Assembly: GCA_051294375.1 (NCBI GenBank)
Contig: CM119271.1
Coordinates: 7,069,632 to 7,133,631, forward strand
From: Paraspadella gotoi
Taxonomy: Eukaryota; Animalia; Chaetognatha
Length of the DNA stretch: 64,000 nt
Reading direction: 5' to 3'
The position numbers were made by a program, and so were the translations under genes. The notes under the pieces are model-generated. The model saw only the letters and a list, made by a program, of their open reading frames with translations. It made no database searches and was not told where the DNA came from. Below are positions 35,596 to 56,154 of the stretch, one piece after another (within the stretch, counting starts at the first letter, position 1; each line of letters opens with the position of its first letter).

Positions 35596-36199
35596 GGAAC
35601 TATCTAGGACTTTCAAAGAGTTTCAAAGATAGTAGATATAACTACAAGCTATTCTTTTAATACAACGCGAAGGCGCGTACCCTGAGTCCCGTTACTGTAC
35701 GACTACAACGAGTAAAAAACCATGTAGTTAACCGATAAGAGTGAAACGTGAGGTAGTTTCTCTGGCCCGCGGTAACTAACCGGTAACTAAATTTACTATT
35801 ATCGGAATGGAATGGACTATCTTTATGATTTGTGAGTTCAATTATTATTATATGGACGCCCATCATCCAAGATTGTTTTCCATCGTTTCGATGTCTCCCC
35901 AACAATTTTGATTTTCACTTTTTTTATACCACTTTTGATAGATAGACTTTTGATAGATATAAACTACAATCACTGACAATCAGATGCGCGTCGACCGGTA
36001 ATTCTTTCAGATCGAGTGTCTTTTTAACTTTAGACAAAAGACGTTAAAGCTTAAAAAAGACGGTTTTCAAGATTTATCCTGCCATGCCAATTCGACCATC
36101 CTTTTGAATTATTTATCTCTGACTCTGATTTGCTTCTTTTTTTTTCAGGTTTTTTCAAACATTTTAGGTTTTTTGTAGGAAACGGGACTGAGAGCTGAA

Positions 36200-38298
36200 A
36201 TGGATATCACTTTTCTCGCGTGCATTCTTTCGTTATGTTATATATTGATTAGGATTTTTAATCTGTGCAGGTAATCATCGTTTTATATACAAAACAAATG
36301 ATTTATAACTAAAGCATTGCCCAAATTGTTCCATTTATGCAGCGAATGCCAATCACCAATGGTCCGCCATAGCTATTCCGCTTTTACTAATGCGATCATC
36401 GAAATGTGCCCCATTCTGACCGAAGTGTATCAACCTCCACAGTTTTGGGGAAAAAACGGACACTTTCAGACTTTCATTTACTCGATCAAGGGGCGGTTCC
36501 GCTGCCCCGTTCCTCAACACAAGCGGCGATTGACGGCGAAAACGGCCGACGGCGCCACGGCCACCTTCGACGTGTTCGAGCCGACGGCGACGCACCCGGA
36601 CGGTTACGACGCCACGATATGCATCGCCCCGGGAATCGGCAACAACTCCGAGTCTCAATACGTTCGATCCGCCATAAATCTGCTGCAGAAAAACGGGTTT
36701 CGCGTCTCAGTTCTCAATCACCTTGGGACTTTGAGTAATGTCGAACTTACCGCTCCGAGAATTTACAGGTAAATTATGATAGGCTTTGATCGATATGATA
36801 TCGGCATTTTCTCTCCAAAAAGGAGATTGATTCTTCCCCTATCGAACGGCTTCCTCTAAACAGTTACGGCGGAACCGAGGAGTATCACCTCATGATTCAG
36901 CATCTAATCAGTGCTTTTCCGAACACCCTGCTCATCGCCGTCGGGATCTCCATGGGTGGAAACGTGGTAACGAAATACTTAGGGGAAAGCAAGAAGCATC
37001 AAAACCAATTTCTGGGGGCCCTCAGCATTTGTCAAGGGTAGGAAAAATTCGGAGAATTAATAACGCTTTTTCTAGAATCGAAGTAAATAAATTTAATTTA
37101 ATTTAATAAATTTAATTTTAGCTATGACGTGGTTCAATGCGAGCGCCTTTTTGGCGAATGGGACTACGGGTTCGTCCTTCGGAGACTCTACTACTGGGCC
37201 ATGACCCGCGGCGTTCAAAAAACCCTCCGCACCCACGAGGAATACCTGTTTCGATCCCCAGAAGCTCGAGCGCGTCTTGGCGAAAATCGCGTCGACGTGG
37301 ACAAGGTCTTTGGGGTCACTACGCTGCACGAGCTGGACGAAGAGTATTCGAGGAAGGTCTTTGGATTCGACTCTCTGCAGGTTGTTTTCTCGAAAGATTC
37401 CTTTTTCTATTGGAGGACAAGTTTGGTTAAGATATAATTAAGTTTGTACTAATAAAAGTAGTCTCGTCCAAAATTCCGTAATTCTTCTCAGGCGATAAAT
37501 CTTAAATTTTACCTCCTTTAAGGAATACTATGTCTGGTCATCCAGCTCTCGTTATATGGGCAACATTGACATTCCGATCGTGTTTTTGAATTCGCTTGAC
37601 GACCCAGTCGTTCCTCCGCAACTTCAGGACATTCCTTTGGAATACGTGCTGAAAGCTCCCAATGCAATGAGCGTTATTACGCAAGTAAGCTTTTAATTGT
37701 TAATTTTTAAAGTTGAAAGCTTATTCGATCTTAAAGTTGCTTGTTTGGGCGGTCTTATAAATCCAACGTCTATCACATGACTTTTTATTGAAATAAATGA
37801 TTGTCATTGTGGTTAAATATGCGTACATAAAATTTGCTCATTACTTTAGTTTTCGGCTACTGTTATCGTTTGATCCTTGTTTTTATTTTAATTTTATTTG
37901 CCATATTTGTAGTTTGGCGGCCATCTTGGATTCTACGAGGGTTCATATTGGGCTCCTCGCTCACTTACTTTCATGGACCGATTATTGCTGCAGTATTGCA
38001 ACGCGCTTCTGTCCCTCAATGCCGAGGGCGAACTCAAGTCGATATCCGAGTAAGTTTTTTGCTAATAGTACATATTTTTTAAACAATGAACTAATTAATC
38101 GACCATGGGTTCTATCCAGGAACACGAAGTATTGCCAAAAAATTCGTTAGTGAACACTTTCTCTTTTTTTTTTCCTCCTTCAGCTCTGTAACTGGCGATT
38201 CACGAGAAGTCGAAACCGAAGATTTCGACAGTGCTAACGATCCCGACTCTGCCTTCTCTGCCTCGGTGTCGTCTCGTCTCGGCGCCGTCCAAAATTGA
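36200..38298 (+). CDS. ABHD2: Alpha/beta-hydrolase domain protein 2 (monoacylglycerol lipase ABHD2-like), 7 coding exons
   Basis: N-terminal hydrophobic anchor MDITFLACILSLCYILIRIFNL, then CPILTEVYQPPQFWGKNGHFQT, DGATATFDVF, PGIGNNSESQYVR, VLNHLG..PRIYSYG. Catalytic triad motifs VGISMGG, NSLDDPVVP, GGHLGFYEG. Stop TGA at 38296-38298. Confidence 0.92.
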
Positions 38299-39366
38299 CT
38301 TTGACAATCTTGGTTCCTACCAATTTTATTACTTTTCTCATTCCTCTGCTTTTTTTTTATTATTTTGTCATTGCGACATTATATTGCGATAATTCTGAGT
38401 ATTACACAACCGGATTTTTTTTTCTATTTATTTACGCAGGATCTGTTTTTGTTGGCGCTTACTGATAAAGTGGGCGACATCGGATGGATTCCGTACTGTT
38501 TTGTTCTGTCGTTAAAAACTTTTAGTATTATGATATTTAGGTTTTGTCTACGTAGTGATTAACAGTCTTAACAATCACTGGAAAACTATTTACCTATTAT
38601 TACTAGCAAAGGTTATTCTTATTTTTAGACTTCTTTACAATTGACTGGGGATTCTTTTATTGAAGTAACATTTTATTTTATATTTTGCTATCCTCTATTT
38701 TTTGTTACATATTATCATATGTACTTAGTTTTAGGGAAATTTTACATATACCGTTCCGTTACTATTGCCTACTGTATTTAATTATAACTATATATAAGTC
38801 AATGAACTTATCAAGAGATTTAAACCTTACTGGTCGAACTGTTATTAAAAAAAGCTCATTGATTTATCCTCAAAATGTTTGATGGTGTAACTTGTAACTT
38901 AAACGCGACTTGTGTCATCCAGAGACTTAAAACGCGGGCTAATCAGTTTCTGGATTTTGTGATCATTGTTTACTCTCAGTATTAATTTAAATTTCTACTT
39001 TCTTTTCAGTCTTGGGCGAGTATAGAGAGCCCCTGGTTTAAATAGTCCCATTTTACCATCATAATGGGTAAACAGTTGTATCGGGATCGACATAAACTGG
39101 TTCCATACGCCAAAATATCGCCGATCATGTGATTGAAAAGTATCTGTGTGCGAATCTCAAGACTCGCCTTAAATTTTTATGAGCGAGATTAAAAAATCTC
39201 AGCATTTTCACGTTTGAAAATTAAAAATTGCTGGAGCAATTTCAAGATCGAAAAGCTTGGAATCTAGAAACAAGGTGGACTGAACTTGACGCGTTATGCG
39301 TTTTGTTCTTCAACTAAGGTTGTTTAAAGAATAGAAAATTGAAAAAAAAGTCAATCTCGCGTGATC

Positions 39367-39972
39367 ATGACGATCGTAAACAATCAGCCGACTGCCCCTC
39401 CTTCCAACACGTGCGCCCCTCCTCCGCCGTATTCTCAACAGTCATCGCCGGGATCGGGGTGTCCTCCACCATCCACTACCGGTTCGGGACCTTCCTTCTC
39501 GGGATCTGGGTCTCAGGTTAGTTGACACTCTTTTCCGTCTATTTTTGATTTTATATTGAATTTCTAACCTGAATCTTTGGGTTTTTGTAGGGAAGCACTA
39601 GCGGCGCTCCGAACGGAACCAACGGCCCTTCCCCAAGCGGGAGCGTAGGGGCCGTTCCCCCGATCTCCACAACACCGGGCGGCGTGATTCCGTCGGGGGC
39701 GCCGCCCACGTCCTCGACCGGTTCTGGGTCCCACGGTCCTTCACCTTCCAATCTTTCCAACTGCACTTGTAACGTCCTGCCAGCCATCCCCCCCGGCGCC
39801 GCGTCCAATCCACCGGGTGACCTTATAACTTGACAATTTTACGTATATGCTGATAATCATCTTAACAACCTCACCTTCCATATCAAACTTCTCCTCGGTT
39901 AATAACTTGCCAAAGCCAAAGGCGCCGGAGCGACCGACAGCCACTCGGTCTCAGCTGGCGCGCAAGCCACCT

Positions 39973-40004
<32 letters not shown>

Positions 40005-42751
40005 AAAAAGAGAGAGAGAGAGAGAGAGAGAGATCGAGAGAGAAAATATATCTCGTTACGAATCAGTAACAGGATTTTTGGTCTCAATTTTCTTTTTAGC
40101 TGTTGATGCGTTTTATTTCTTTGACCTAAAACTTTACAAAGATCTGAATTAAACAACCTTCCTGGCTTAAAAGAGAAAAAAAAACCTTGTTTATTAAACT
40201 TCTTTTGCTCACTAAAAAGTGAAAACCAAAATAAAAAGTAAAGAGATTAAAATAGCTTATATAAATTTAATAAACAAACATTAAGTTTTCCTTCATGTTT
40301 TCCAAAGGCGGTTCCGCGGCGGCTCTACTTTCCGCTGCTGCTAGTCAACGCGCCAGTTGCCCCGTCCATTCCCACTCTCCAATCGGCGCCATGGTTGGGC
40401 CGCCAAACGTTGGCGGCACTCTGGGGCCGTCGGGACCCGTCGGAACGAGCTCGTGCGGGGTCCCCGGAACGTCCTGTGGGCCAATCGGTCCGGTCAACAT
40501 GTCGGGTCCCGTCGGGAGCCCTTGCGGTGGCCCCTGCGGTCCCGGGCCTTGCCACCCGGCACCGGGCGGCAGTCCTTGCGGTATGCCGGGACCACCTGGA
40601 CACATGCCGCCGGGAATGAACGCCATGGGCCCGGGGGACCCGATGTTCGGACCGGGGCCCAACAAGATGCCACCCGGAGACCCCTTTTACTCCTCTCCGT
40701 TTTCCCCGTATTATCGAAGGCACACTCCGTACATGGCTTCGCCGGAATATCGGTGAGTGGATGTGTGTGCTTGAGTTTCAATATTTCTTCATTATCAGTG
40801 AGTAAGGTTAACAAGACTTTTATTTCGCCTTAGAATGTACGACATGAATAAGAGACTGCAGCAACGGACGGAAGAGTCGGACAACCTGTGGTGGGACGCT
40901 TTCGCCACGGAATTCTTCGAGGACGACGCGACCCTCTCGCTCTCCTTCTGTCTCGAGGACGGACCTAAGCGATACACCATCGGCAGAATGCTCATTCCTC
41001 GGTACTTTCGAAGCATATTCGAAGGTAATTTTTAGGGTCATTGTTAACTAAATGATCGGAACGCTGTTGATTGAGTATTATGCTTGTATAATTAAAATGC
41101 TAGTGATATTCTTTACAATCCCGCAATTCTCAGGAGGCGTGACCGATTTGTACTTTACTCTGAAACATCCCAAAGAGTCATTCCATCAGACTAGTATTAC
41201 TCTCGAATGCGATCAAACAACGATGAACACTCATCACGGAAAACCCAAGTTCATCAAGGTACAACTCGAGTCGGAAAGACTAGAAAAAAAAAACTTCAGA
41301 CTTTGCTTGTGTATTGTATATTGATAAAATTAAAACAATACGTTAAGGTGCTTCTTTAAATTTATTCTCCTTGGCTTTATTTTCCTCGCGAAGGTCTGCA
41401 CTGACGGGCGTCTCATCCTTGAGTTTACGTTCGACGACCTGATGCGCATTCGAACTTGGCATTTCACCGTCAGATGTCACAGCGAATTCATCCAAAGATC
41501 CGTGATCGCCATGCAACAAGTGAGTCTATTTTTAAATCAAAACTGAGGGAGGAAAATATCGCTGACCAGGATGATAAACTATAAATTATCTATTCCTTTT
41601 CAGGAACCGGCCATGTTGGAACAGCTTTCAAAAAACATCACACGCCAAGGGATCACCAATTATACGCTGAACTACCTCAGATTATGCGCGATTCTTGAAC
41701 CCATGCAAGAGCTCATGAGTCGCCACAAGGTTCGAATGCCTAGCGTTATTTTCCCTGTTTTCGACGCCTTTTGCTTATCTTTTGTTTGTTCCTTTCGCCA
41801 GGCATATGCTCTGAACCCTCGCGACTGCCTGAAGACGACGCTATTTCAGAAATGGCAACGCATGGTGGCGCCGCCTGAACAGAATCGACCCGCGAACAAG
41901 AGAAGAAAGCGAAAAGCTTCAACGCAGGTCAGAGATTTGGTAATGAAATGTGATTACGTCACGATAATCAGTTTTTAAGTGGGATAGAATTCATCGGATG
42001 ACATCTTTCCATTCCTTCATATTACCATCCCTCTTTCTCACCGCGCAGGCGGGAGCCGGTGGAGATATCCCGGCTGGCACTGGGCGTGGCCGCGGCAAGA
42101 AAGGCGTCCCGAGTCCAGGACCAGGAATCGGAGGCAGTTTCAACCTCACTGCAGGTCCGTCCGACTTTATTCATGTCAACGCCGTTCCGAAACTTCAGTC
42201 CACTAATCCCCTAACCTCCAATTTTCCACCTCAATCAGGCGACGTGATGGTCGTCGGCGAACCGACGTTGATGGGCGGGGAATTCGGGGACGAGGACGAG
42301 CGCCTCATCACGCGACTCGAGAATTCTCAATTCGACGCGTCGGCGGCGGCGGCCGGCGTCGGCGGTCCCGACGGTGCCGGTGGTCCAGACCCCGGGGGAA
42401 GCGGCGGACCCGGCATCAACGGGCCACTCGGTCCGCTTGGTTCCGACGGGCCGGGAGGAGGACCTCATTTGGGAGGCGGAGGTGCGTGCTTATTTTAATT
42501 GTATATTTATGCAATGTTTAGATACTTTGTTTTTAAATATAAACGAGGCATTTTTTTTTTTTATTTGCGCAGGCAGTCTTGGCGGTGGTCGAGGCGGTGT
42601 AATGGGCGGCCCCGGCCAGCACTCGTTCCAGGGAAGTCCCTGGGGCGGACACGGTGGCTCCAACGGCCCGTTAAATTCTATAGATAAAAAACCCCTCATT
42701 CCGGGAGTCAACGGTCCCGCGGACTCTCACAACACGCCCGTTTCGTCCTGA
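39367..42751 (+). CDS. LDB: LIM domain-binding protein (LDB1/LDB2/Chip family), about 11 coding exons
   Basis: RRHTPY..EYRMYDMNKRLQQRTEESDNLWWDAFATEFFEDDATL..EDGPKRYTIGR, VCTDGRLILEFTFDDLMRI, LSKNITRQGITNYTLNYLRLCAILEPMQELMSRHK, PRDCLKTTLFQKWQ, NLS KRRKRK, and LIM-interaction domain DVMVVGEPTLMGGEFGDEDERLITRLEN. The Gly/Pro-rich first exons (39367-39516, 39591-39816) are phase-consistent but less certain. Confidence 0.94.
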
Positions 42752-45700
42752 GTATCATTTAAAAAAAAAAAAAAAAAAACACGGACCGACTACATTTACC
42801 AGTCTCCAGCCAAAGAACGTTACCCGTTCCTCCCCTCCCACCCCCCACCCGCCGCGCCCAAAACTTCAAAGGCCCCATCTTCCAACTCTTCTTTATCTCT
42901 TCGTCTCATCGCTTCGTCATTTCCGAACTGTTTTGTGTTTTCATGTTTAAAAATTCGTTTGGGTCAACATCTTTACGTGCCATACACAGTGAAACTTTCT
43001 TTTTTTTTTTTTTTTTTATCGGATCGCCGCTTTAATCAATTCTCTTTTCCTTCTCTTCCCTCACGGCCCTTCCCTCGCTCACGAGACCCAAAATTTTTCC
43101 AACTGTAATAGAGAAACGCTCGTCTTACCGACTTTCGGTTTAACCTTAGTCTTTTTTCAAGCCTCCGCAATTTGAATTCGAACCTCGACCTCGCAATTTT
43201 TTTTAACGAAAAATTGAACATGTTCGATTATAAAAAGTCACATCTCCTTTATAATTTGTTTTACTCATGATTGTCTATTACGAGAACTCCAGTTTATAGA
43301 TTCGTAAATGTCCTGATATTCTTTCAACAACAAAAAAACCCCTTCACAAGCGTCCAAACATTTTTTTCAACATTTGCCCGTCTTACGCACCGGCTTTTTC
43401 TTCTTCCCTCTTCCTAGCAATTAATACTTATTTGAGTAAATCAATTACCGATATCACCGAAGCACCGAATCTCAGATTATTATTTTTTTTTCCGTGCGGG
43501 GGTGGTTTGATTTTAATTATAATGTTGTTGGGTAATATTACAATGAAATTTAAGAAATTTAAAAATTAACTTTTTTTTAGGTATTTAAAGAAAAACGACT
43601 GTTTTATTCAATGTTTTGTAATATTGGATAACAAATTTAAAGATTATACCAACTATTACAAATTTAAAAATTTACGTTACTTGTCGTTATTTTATGTTAA
43701 AATATTTTTTGAAACAGTTTCCATATTTGTTTATGGTAAAACTTTAATGCCAAATTAATAAGATCAAGTAGAAAACGATTTTTTTAAAAAATTTTAAAAC
43801 AACCTTTTTTAATAATTGAAAATTATTGTTGAAAAAAAGTTTTTAATCATCTGATTTTTTCCTCGATTTCGACCGTAATTTTCCGAAGTTCACAATATCA
43901 TAGCGAATTTTTTTCACTTTATTTTTAACTGATCCGTCGCGCGAACCAAAGAAAATACAATTATTTATTTTGAACGCCCAATCCTCCTTAAATAAAAAAA
44001 AAAACCAAAAAAAACATACGTCATTATTCTCGTCACCCTGTACACACAGTCGCGTTGTAACCGTCATTAAACTTTGAAACATTTTTAAAACCTTGTCGTC
44101 GTCGTCGATGACTCGTTTTTTTTTCTTATTCCAAGCATCATCGATGGCGAGCTACATTTTTTTTAATAGTCAATGGTTGTTTCCTTGATTTCCCCCTGAT
44201 AGAGACTCGTAAACGCGTCCTTCGGCTTCGCTCCTTTTTTACATTATACTTATTTTTAGCCGATTCGGGGAAAGATCGATTTGGCGCGATTATGAAACCT
44301 TTCAAATTATGTAGATTCATATTTAGCTAAAAGTAAAGCGTCTTCTATCAATCCCGTTGTCGGTATTTCGTTTTTTTCGGTAATTCTGCTTTTTATTTCC
44401 CGAAAAACCTTTTTGATTGTTGGAAATTTGCCTCGATTCTAGTCTGATTATATATAATTTATGGCATTTATTTTCCAGTATTTTATATAATTTATATTTT
44501 TATTATTTTTCAAAAGTTTTCCCGGATTCATCGTCGCGGCCTCGAGTTATTAAATTATTTATGAATTTGAATTAATTGGTGCTCTCAGCGTGTTTTTCTT
44601 TATTTCAGACTAGTACAAATTTCAAAATATTCTAAAAAATATCGTGCGGTGAGGATCCGACCGGAAGCCATCCTAAACGTCTGGTGTTTATATACATTAT
44701 ACAGTTGTTACATTTTTCTGCTTCCGGTTTTTCCGACCTGTACAGTATTTTCTAATTGTTACGCATTTCGAGATTTTTAGTTTTTTTATACGCCGAGTTA
44801 ACTTTTTCGTTCTTAAGTGAAAAAAAAACCTCAGAGTTCAATTAAGGATTTGATTTACATGTTTCTTTTTTACGAGTCTCATGTTTATGTTAACGTCATG
44901 TAAATTAATTTATCGCTATCTTGATTGTAATCCGTCTTTTATGATTTTGTCTTAAAAAACTGCATTTGATGAAAAATAAACCGATAAACCGGAGCTCTAT
45001 TTAACCATTTATTTAGTATCTAACCAGTTCAGGTGTAATGGAAGTAGTTAAAGTAACTTAACGAACTTACGGAAAAATATTTCCCACCCACTGTCTCGAA
45101 TTGACAATGTTAATGACATTAAAATTTTTTTAAAATTGCAAAGTAACGTTAAAAAGGAGTTTGTCTATAAAATTCAGAATGAATATACAAATACAGAAGA
45201 CTTCGTATTAAAAAATGCGCTCTCAATTTTTCTGTCATTTTTTAATAATAATATGAAGCCTTCTGTATATGATATATAATTATACATACAAGCAATCATA
45301 ATATGTTAAAGTAAAAAAAATCGTCCGTTAAAGAAAAAGGCATATTCTGGCTGCGAAATAAGTTGCGGTTGTAAACAACGCGCGTTTGACGATTCGGCCC
45401 TTCGCGACCACTTGCCGACTTTTCTGGCTAAAGTTTCTCGATTTGATCTCCGAGAGGAAAAACGAGAATTTGAAGGATAACTAAGTCTACAACTCTACAT
45501 ATATATAAGTAACAAAGAGGAAATTTATTTTTATATATTATCTTTCTACAATTTTTGAAGAGGTCAAACATTTTATGCTGTAAAAATTAGTCTCATATCA
45601 AAGTTGATAATGATATATGTCCTGTGTCCACCGTGTTTTCTAATTTCCTTTTCACGAAGGAGTATTTTTAAAAAAAATATATAGTTTTATTTAACTTGTA

Positions 45701-47916
45701 TTGAAAATGTTAATGAATGTATATTAATAGTTTTCTGAAAATACAGCGATTAGGGGCCTTATTCCAGTCAAAAAATGTCGTGATCTTTTTCACTTTTTCA
45801 TCAATCCACTTTTTAAAGATTTTTTTTTTCCTCCGCCACCGTTGCTCAATTCCCCCATCCAAAAAGGGGAAGGCTTCCTCCTCCTCCTCCTCCTCCTAAT
45901 CCCCTTCCTTTTCCATTCTGTTTCTCCGTCGCAACGACTTCGTGTCGAGACTCGAATAGTGTCTACCGACGATGTCGATGGGAGAGCGATAGACGATCGG
46001 GACGACGACGACGACGACAGCCCGGGCAATGTCCTGGTCGAGATCAAGGCAACATCTCCGAAGATGACGACGACGACCGCGCCGACGATGCGACGTCGGA
46101 CCACTTGACTTTTTCTTTTTTTTTTGCGCCACTTCCAAACTTTTTTCCCTCATCTCGTAGTTAACGTATTTAATTTTTTTCTCTCTCTCATTTTCCTCTT
46201 TCAATCGATTTACTTTTAATAAAAGTGTTATCACTATTTTTTAATAATATTATATATATATATATAATTTATATATAATAATATTTTTTAATAAAAGTTT
46301 TATCACTATTTTTTTTTCTTTTCGCTTCGTTGATTCTGGAAAAAACGGTTGGCCTACAATTTTTAACAATTTATTAAACAATATTTTTGTCTTCGCCTCC
46401 AATAAGTCGTTGGATTTTTCGGCAAATCGCCTCATCATGGAATCATACAGATACGAAAATGGGTGAGTTTTATGTATGGTTTCTTTGATTTCTTATCAAC
46501 TTAGTGAGAGCTATGTGAAATATCCATTGCTCTGACTGTTGTATCTTGATTCTTTACCATCTATAATTATTATCAAATAAGATACGGATATCAATTAAGT
46601 TAAACTAAGGCCGCTGTTTTCGTGATTGGCAACTAAGGTAAATAATCACTTAATGTACAATTGTACATTGTACAATGCATATTCCTCGTCCAGACTCCAT
46701 GACCTTGTAAATGTAGCCAACATGGCTTGTTCAGAAAAAGGACTAAGGCAGAAGTAACGAAATGTAAAGTTAAACGTGACAAAATGCCGAACGAAAACGG
46801 AAAAGATTCTTTCAACTAATATCGATTTTTATGACAGCCGTTAAAACGAAAAAGGTTTGAAACAACATTTCCAAATAAAATAAGAAAATTCGCTTCTTTG
46901 CTGATCGGAAACGTGTCGTTCCCTCAACTCATTTTTTCTTTGGGCAAATGGGTTTTTAACCATTGGGTAATCAAGCAATTGACGTAATCGATAAATAGAT
47001 GCGACTAGACAATCAGGCAATTAGGAGATTCTGCAACATCAAAGGCCGTTCGTCGATAATCCCGCGATCTGTCTTTTCGCGCCAAGGTTTTTGGCAATCC
47101 AGTGTCGGCGACTTCAAAAAGAACCGTTCTCGATTCTCGAAAACGTCTGTGAGAAAAAAAGTCACGATGAATGGAAAAGAAATGGTTTTGTTGCAGTAGT
47201 AGTTTTTATTTCTCGTTTTATATCTCGTATTAAAAAAGATGAGTCTCGCAGATTCGAGACCATTTTGTTTAACAATTTAAAATGCAATAAGAGTTCTGTT
47301 TAAAAAAAAAAAAGATTCCTGGCGTGATCCAAGGATTTGTTTGCTCGACAAATATTGCGGATTACGCCAAACCCAAGGAAATGCAAAAAATCAAAATAAC
47401 TATTATGAACGTAATTTTTGACTCAGATGCGGGAAATTTGAAAGAGTTTAGTGCTGGGTAAGTAAATTATAATTTGTGGCGAAATATAATCGATACTATT
47501 AACGATAATTACTTCTATTATTCAAAATATAAGGAACAAATAATGCGGTTCACACGGTTTAAAAATAAATCTGACACAAATTGGATAGTGATATAATATT
47601 TAAGAAAATTATCCGTCGAAGGTTAGAATCTTGAAGGGTCATCCTTTTAAGGATTTGTTAAACAACCGACAAACTACAGCTGATGGCCAGACGATCCCCG
47701 TCTTTTTGGTCAAACTGACCAAAAAAGTTAGAAAAAAAAACCTGACCAAAAAATTTCGTTTTTTTCCTTTGTTTGGGTTTTCCTCTCGCCGCTGTCCTCC
47801 CCCCTTTATTTTTTTTGGTGCCGAATTCGCAATTAAATTTTTATTCTCGCCAGATTTCACGCCGTTTTTTTTCCGCTCCTTGGGTCGGCGAATTCCGTTG
47901 ACATTTTCGGTAGAAA

Positions 47917-48032
<116 letters not shown>

Positions 48033-48492
48033 GCCGTTTTCGCTGTTACTTATTGCTCTAATAATTAAGTGTTTTTTTCCCCATTATGCGCCGACAGTCA
48101 TGAAATCTGATTCTGGTGATGGACTTTTTACGATTTCACTTCACCCAGTCAACTCTCTCTCTCACTCTCTATCTGTCATTCTCTCTATCTGTATTTCTCT
48201 CTCTCTATTTTATTCAAGACTCAATCGGCGCGGCTATCCCCGTCTCTGATCTTGAGACTTAGAGTCGTTAATAGTTGCTGATCAAAAGCTTCCAACGATG
48301 ATAGATGCAATTCGGCTCAGGACGATTAGTGCCGGCGCACTTAATGCCACAGCCCGATGAGGACAGCAGATGGGAATGGCATGATGGAAACCGTTTCAAC
48401 GCCCAGACACGCCTTAAACGGTGGCGGGTGGATTCTGAAGATCCAGGAGCCGGTCATCCTTGCCGCGCAGTGCCGGTGCGGACGGTCCCCGG

Positions 48493-55509
<7,017 letters not shown>

Positions 55510-55531
55510 GTAGGCGGGGATGTGATCTTAT

Positions 55532-55567
<36 letters not shown>

Positions 55568-55624
55568 NNNNNNNNNNNNNNNNNNNNNNNNNAATAGATA
55601 GATAGATAGATAGATAGATAAGAT

Positions 55625-55715
<91 letters not shown>

Positions 55716-55799
55716 GAGTACCACCTGAGATAGAAAGATAGATAGATAGATAGATAGATATGATAGATAGATAGATAGATAAATAAGATCACATCCCCG

Positions 55800-55968
55800 C
55801 CTACCCGATCCAATTCCTTCTTCCTGGTCTTTGGACTTCAACTCCATCGTCGTCGTCGTCGTCGTGGATCCGGCCTCCAGAAGAGACGGTTTTTCGAAGA
55901 GGATGCCGACGACGAGCAAGATGAGTCGTATTCGTTTCTCGCAATGTTAAGCGCTGTCTTGACTGAAA

Positions 55969-56053
<85 letters not shown>

Positions 56054-56074
56054 TTATTTATTTATTTATTTATT

Positions 56075-56105
<31 letters not shown>

Positions 56106-56107
56106 TT

Positions 56108-56154
<47 letters not shown>

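Noticed and set aside
45842-46108. Secreted peptide with signal sequence (FLLLLLLLIPFLF)
   Set aside because: The ORF starts at TTG, not ATG, and the Leu run derives from a (CTC)n repeat.
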